Below, in pieces: positions 60,827 through 64,000 of a DNA stretch of 64,000 nucleotides. The notes under the pieces were generated by a model, which was given only the letters and a program-made list of their open reading frames with translations, did not search any database and was not told where the DNA came from. This DNA comes from Geopsychrobacteraceae bacterium (GTDB taxonomy: Bacteria > Desulfobacterota > Desulfuromonadia > Desulfuromonadales > Geopsychrobacteraceae): contig CAXXTB010000002.1 of NCBI GenBank assembly GCA_963676795.2, forward strand, positions 1,792,001 through 1,856,000, in the 5' to 3' direction. A program made the translations under genes and the position numbers. Positions within the stretch are counted from its first letter, which is position 1. Each line of letters starts with the position of its first letter.

Positions 60827-63256
60827 CTAAACCGCAAAATACTTGGCCTGAGGATGATGTGAAACAATAGCCGAGGTGGTCATTTCCGGCACCATCTCGA
60901 ACGACTCCGTCAGGGTAACCCCGATCTCTTCCGGCTTCAGCAGCTCGAAGACCGGCAGATGAGCACCGAGATCCGGACAGGACGGATAACCGAAACCGAA
61001 GCGTGAACCCTGGTAGCCCTGGGCAACATAGGCCTGCATGTCGACCTGCCCCTCCTGAATGCCCATCTCGACACGCATCACTTCGTGCCAATACTCAGCC
61101 AGGGCGTCTGTCAGCTCGACCCCGAGGCCGTGCAGCATCAGGTAGTCGTGATAACTGTCGTTGGCGTACAGCTCCTGGGTGATCTGCGCCAGTTTGTCAC
61201 CGATGGTGACGACAAAGAAGCCGACCTTGTCGCGCCCCTCTTCGACATTGCGGAAATAATCGGAGATACAGAGGAACGGTGCCTGCCCCTGGCGCGGAAA
61301 GCTGAAACTCCTGTCGCCATCTTCAGCAACGACGATCAGCTCATCCTCCCTGCTGAAGCAGTCGAAATAACCATAGACAACCTGAGGTTGTAACCAGCCT
61401 TCTTCCAGGGCCTGCTTTTTGAGACGTTCAAACAACGGCACAACAGTATTCGCATTCAGCTCTTCATACTCGTCCTTCGACATCTTACCGCGTCGATAAC
61501 CCCAGCGACCGCGGAACAGCGCCGCTTCGTTGAGATAGTTGAAAAGGATCTGCGGATCGATATCCCTGACCAACTTGCGTCCGACGAAAGGAACCGCTGG
61601 CGGCTGATGGCTGCGATCCAGCCCTTCGACCTTGGGACCGGGCTTGTTACTGACGACACTGGTGGCTTCCCAGCTGGTCGCCTGCAGCTTGCCCTCTTCA
61701 AATTCACGAATCGCCTTGAGTCCGGCAAAGGCATCGGCACAGTAGACAACCGGCGCCCCATAGTTCGGCACGCAATCCAGAGCGACAAACTTGCGGGTCA
61801 GCGCTGCCCCGCCGAGCAGGATCGGCTGACTGAGACCCGCCGCTTCAAACTGACTCATATTCTCTTTCATCAACAGCGCCGACTTGACCAGCAGACCGGA
61901 CAGACCGATGACATCCGGCTTGAGTTCGCTGGCCTTGGCGATGATCTCCTCGGCCGGGACTTTGATGCCGATATTGTAAACCTTGTAGCCGTTGTTACTG
62001 AGGATGATATCGACCAGATTTTTACCGATATCGTGGACATCGCCGGCCACAGTCGCCAGCAGGATGGTCGTCTGCCCATCATCTTCGAGCTTTTCCATAT
62101 AGGGCTCGAGCAGGGCAACGCTCTGTTTCATGACTTCCGCCGACTGCAGAACGAACGGCAGCAGCAGGTCTCCACGGCCGAACAGCTCCCCGACTTCACG
62201 CATCGCCGGCACCAGCAGCCCGTTGATGATATCGAGCGGCTGCCAGCGGCCACGCAGGGTGGTCAGCAGATCCTCAAGGCCATCCTTGTCCCCCTTGAGA
62301 ATCTTCTGGCGCAACTCCTCCTCCGGACGCACTGAGGTCTGATTCTGGTCGTCATCACTATCGACCGCCTGCTCGAAGTGGTCAATGAATGTCATCAGCG
62401 CGTCGTCGCTCTTGTTGTAGAGCAGATCAAGACAGATGGTCCGGTCCTCTTCGCTGATCGCGGCATAGGGGAGAACCTTGGCCGCATCGACAATCGCCGT
62501 ATTTAAGCCCAGCTGGACAGCTTCATGGAGGAAGATCGAGTTGAGGACCTTGCGCGCCGCCGGTCTCAGGCCAAAGCTGATGTTACTGACGCCGAGGGTG
62601 AAGCCGACGCCCGGCAGCTCCTGTCTGACCTGACGGATCGCATTGAGGGTTTCGATCGCCGCATCGCGCATACTCTCGTCACCGGAACCGACGGTAAAGG
62701 TCAGCAGATCGAAGAGAATATCCTGCGACCGCAGGCCAAATTTGTTGACTGCCAGATCGTGAATCTGTTTGGCGATCGCCACCTTGCGCTCACAGGTCAG
62801 AGCCATGCCGTCGGTATCGATGGTCAGGGCGACAACAGCCGCGCCGTACTTCTTGGCCAGGGTGCAGACCTGGGCCAGGTTATCACCGCCATCCTCCAGG
62901 TTGATCGAGTTGATAATCGCCCGACCGGGGTAGAGCGGAAGCACCTGGGCCAGGGTGTCCGGGCTGGTCGAGTCGAACATCAACGGCGCCTTGCACGACC
63001 CGGCAAACAGTTTGGCCAGGGTGATCATGTCGGACACTTCATCACGACCGGCGTAGGCGACACAGAGATCGATCACCTGGGCGCCGCGCGCTTCCTGCTC
63101 AATAGCGATTTTGAGACAGGCATCCCAGTCCTCGGCGAGCAGCGCTTCACGGAACGCTTTGGAACCGTTCGGGTTGCAGCGTTCACCGATCAACAGCGGC
63201 GGGATTTCCTGATTTAGTTCGACAGACTGATAGAGACTTGCGACAGAAGGCTTCAT
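60827..63256 (-). CDS. metH: B12-dependent methionine synthase, pterin + cobalamin + activation domains
   Basis: IGERCNPNGSK, GVSNISFG, GDVHDIGKN (DxHxxG), SGLL, FGYPSCPD. Confidence 0.92.
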   Translation of the reverse strand: MKPSVASLYQSVELNQEIPPLLIGERCNPNGSKAFREALLAEDWDACLKIAIEQEARGAQVIDLCVAYAGRDEVSDMITLAKLFAGSCKAPLMFDSTSPDTLAQVLPLYPGRAIINSINLEDGGDNLAQVCTLAKKYGAAVVALTIDTDGMALTCERKVAIAKQIHDLAVNKFGLRSQDILFDLLTFTVGSGDESMRDAAIETLNAIRQVRQELPGVGFTLGVSNISFGLRPAARKVLNSIFLHEAVQLGLNTAIVDAAKVLPYAAISEEDRTICLDLLYNKSDDALMTFIDHFEQAVDSDDDQNQTSVRPEEELRQKILKGDKDGLEDLLTTLRGRWQPLDIINGLLVPAMREVGELFGRGDLLLPFVLQSAEVMKQSVALLEPYMEKLEDDGQTTILLATVAGDVHDIGKNLVDIILSNNGYKVYNIGIKVPAEEIIAKASELKPDVIGLSGLLVKSALLMKENMSQFEAAGLSQPILLGGAALTRKFVALDCVPNYGAPVVYCADAFAGLKAIREFEEGKLQATSWEATSVVSNKPGPKVEGLDRSHQPPAVPFVGRKLVRDIDPQILFNYLNEAALFRGRWGYRRGKMSKDEYEELNANTVVPLFERLKKQALEEGWLQPQVVYGYFDCFSREDELIVVAEDGDRSFSFPRQGQAPFLCISDYFRNVEEGRDKVGFFVVTIGDKLAQITQELYANDSYHDYLMLHGLGVELTDALAEYWHEVMRVEMGIQEGQVDMQAYVAQGYQGSRFGFGYPSCPDLGAHLPVFELLKPEEIGVTLTESFEMVPEMTTSAIVSHHPQAKYFAV

Positions 63257-64000
63257 GCCGACACCTCCCGTTTCCCCGGCACAACGCCGGCCAGACGTTT
63301 CGACAGTGCGGCGATATGGGCCGGGCTGGTCCCGCAGCAACCGCCGACAATGCTGACCCCCAGTTTGGTGACAAAGTTATACATCTGTTCTGCGTAATCC
63401 TCAGGGCTTAACGGATAATGGGTCTTGCCGTCGACAACCTCGGGCAGCCCCTGGTTGGGAATGACGGAGATCCGTTTGGGCCAGTGCTGGCTCAGGTAGG
63501 TGACGTGCGACATCATGTCCTTCGGACCTGTCGCACAGTTCAGACCAAGGGAAAAGAGCGGAAAAGGTTCCAGGGTCGCAACAACGGCAGCGATGTCGGA
63601 ACCGACGAGCATGGTCCCCTGCTGCTCGATCGTCACCGAAGAGAGGACCGGGATATCCTTGCCGGCTGTCTGCAGAACATCAAAAACCTCGACCAGCGCC
63701 GTCTTGACCTGAAGCAGGTCCTGACAGGTCTCAACCATGAAACAGTCGACCCCGGCCTCAAGCAGGGCGATCACCTGTTCACGGGTCGATGCCGCCAGCT
63801 CCTTGACCTCGATATGATCCAGCGAGGGCAGCTTCGTCCCCGGCCCGATCGAACCGGCGATGTATCTGCCACTTCTGCCGGCGATCGCCTTGCGCGCGTT
63901 TTCAACTGCAGCGAAGTTGATTTCTCGGACCTTGTCCTGCAAACCGTATTCGGCGAGAACGACACTAGAAGCACCGAAAGAATCGGTTTCGATCACCATG
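63253..64000 (-). CDS. Homocysteine S-methyltransferase domain of split MetH, 5' truncated
   Basis: GSIGP, ET.QD, GLNCATGP, PNQGLP, GGCCGT. Confidence 0.92.
   Translation of the reverse strand, partial: MVIETDSFGASSVVLAEYGLQDKVREINFAAVENARKAIAGRSGRYIAGSIGPGTKLPSLDHIEVKELAASTREQVIALLEAGVDCFMVETCQDLLQVKTALVEVFDVLQTAGKDIPVLSSVTIEQQGTMLVGSDIAAVVATLEPFPLFSLGLNCATGPKDMMSHVTYLSQHWPKRISVIPNQGLPEVVDGKTHYPLSPEDYAEQMYNFVTKLGVSIVGGCCGTSPAHIAALSKRLAGVVPGKREVSA

Overview
Chromosomal window from a GC-rich anaerobic Deltaproteobacterium. Desulfuromonadales is inferred from gene content and the tmRNA tag (A)ADSDVSYALAA. 1-4.7 kb: an MksFEB/JetABC-like SMC operon whose ATPase runs off the left edge. ~4.9-19.7 kb: a mosaic accessory region downstream of tmRNA. 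It holds a Tat-exported Mo-oxidoreductase, a sigma54-driven small protein, an AT-rich OmpW-like gene between two copies of a kinase 3' end, and a kinase pseudogene. It also holds a small alarmone synthetase, antitoxin/RM/IS3 remnants, HigBA, an epimerase + GT-like two-gene cassette, ovoA coupled to a class-V PLP lyase, and an MFS. ~19.7-64 kb is mostly core genome: ssrA/smpB, panB-panC-panP with a structured leader, NAD-GDH, rsmA, tsaD, PhoH2, nrdJ with NrdR boxes, mtaB-mnmA-iscU-iscS-Rrf2-cysE, fumarase, MMPL, deaD, cfa, miaB, metF, a rubredoxin missed by the ORF track and a split metH. No CRISPR, rRNA or tRNA seen. Family calls rest on motif recognition only; no database searches were run.
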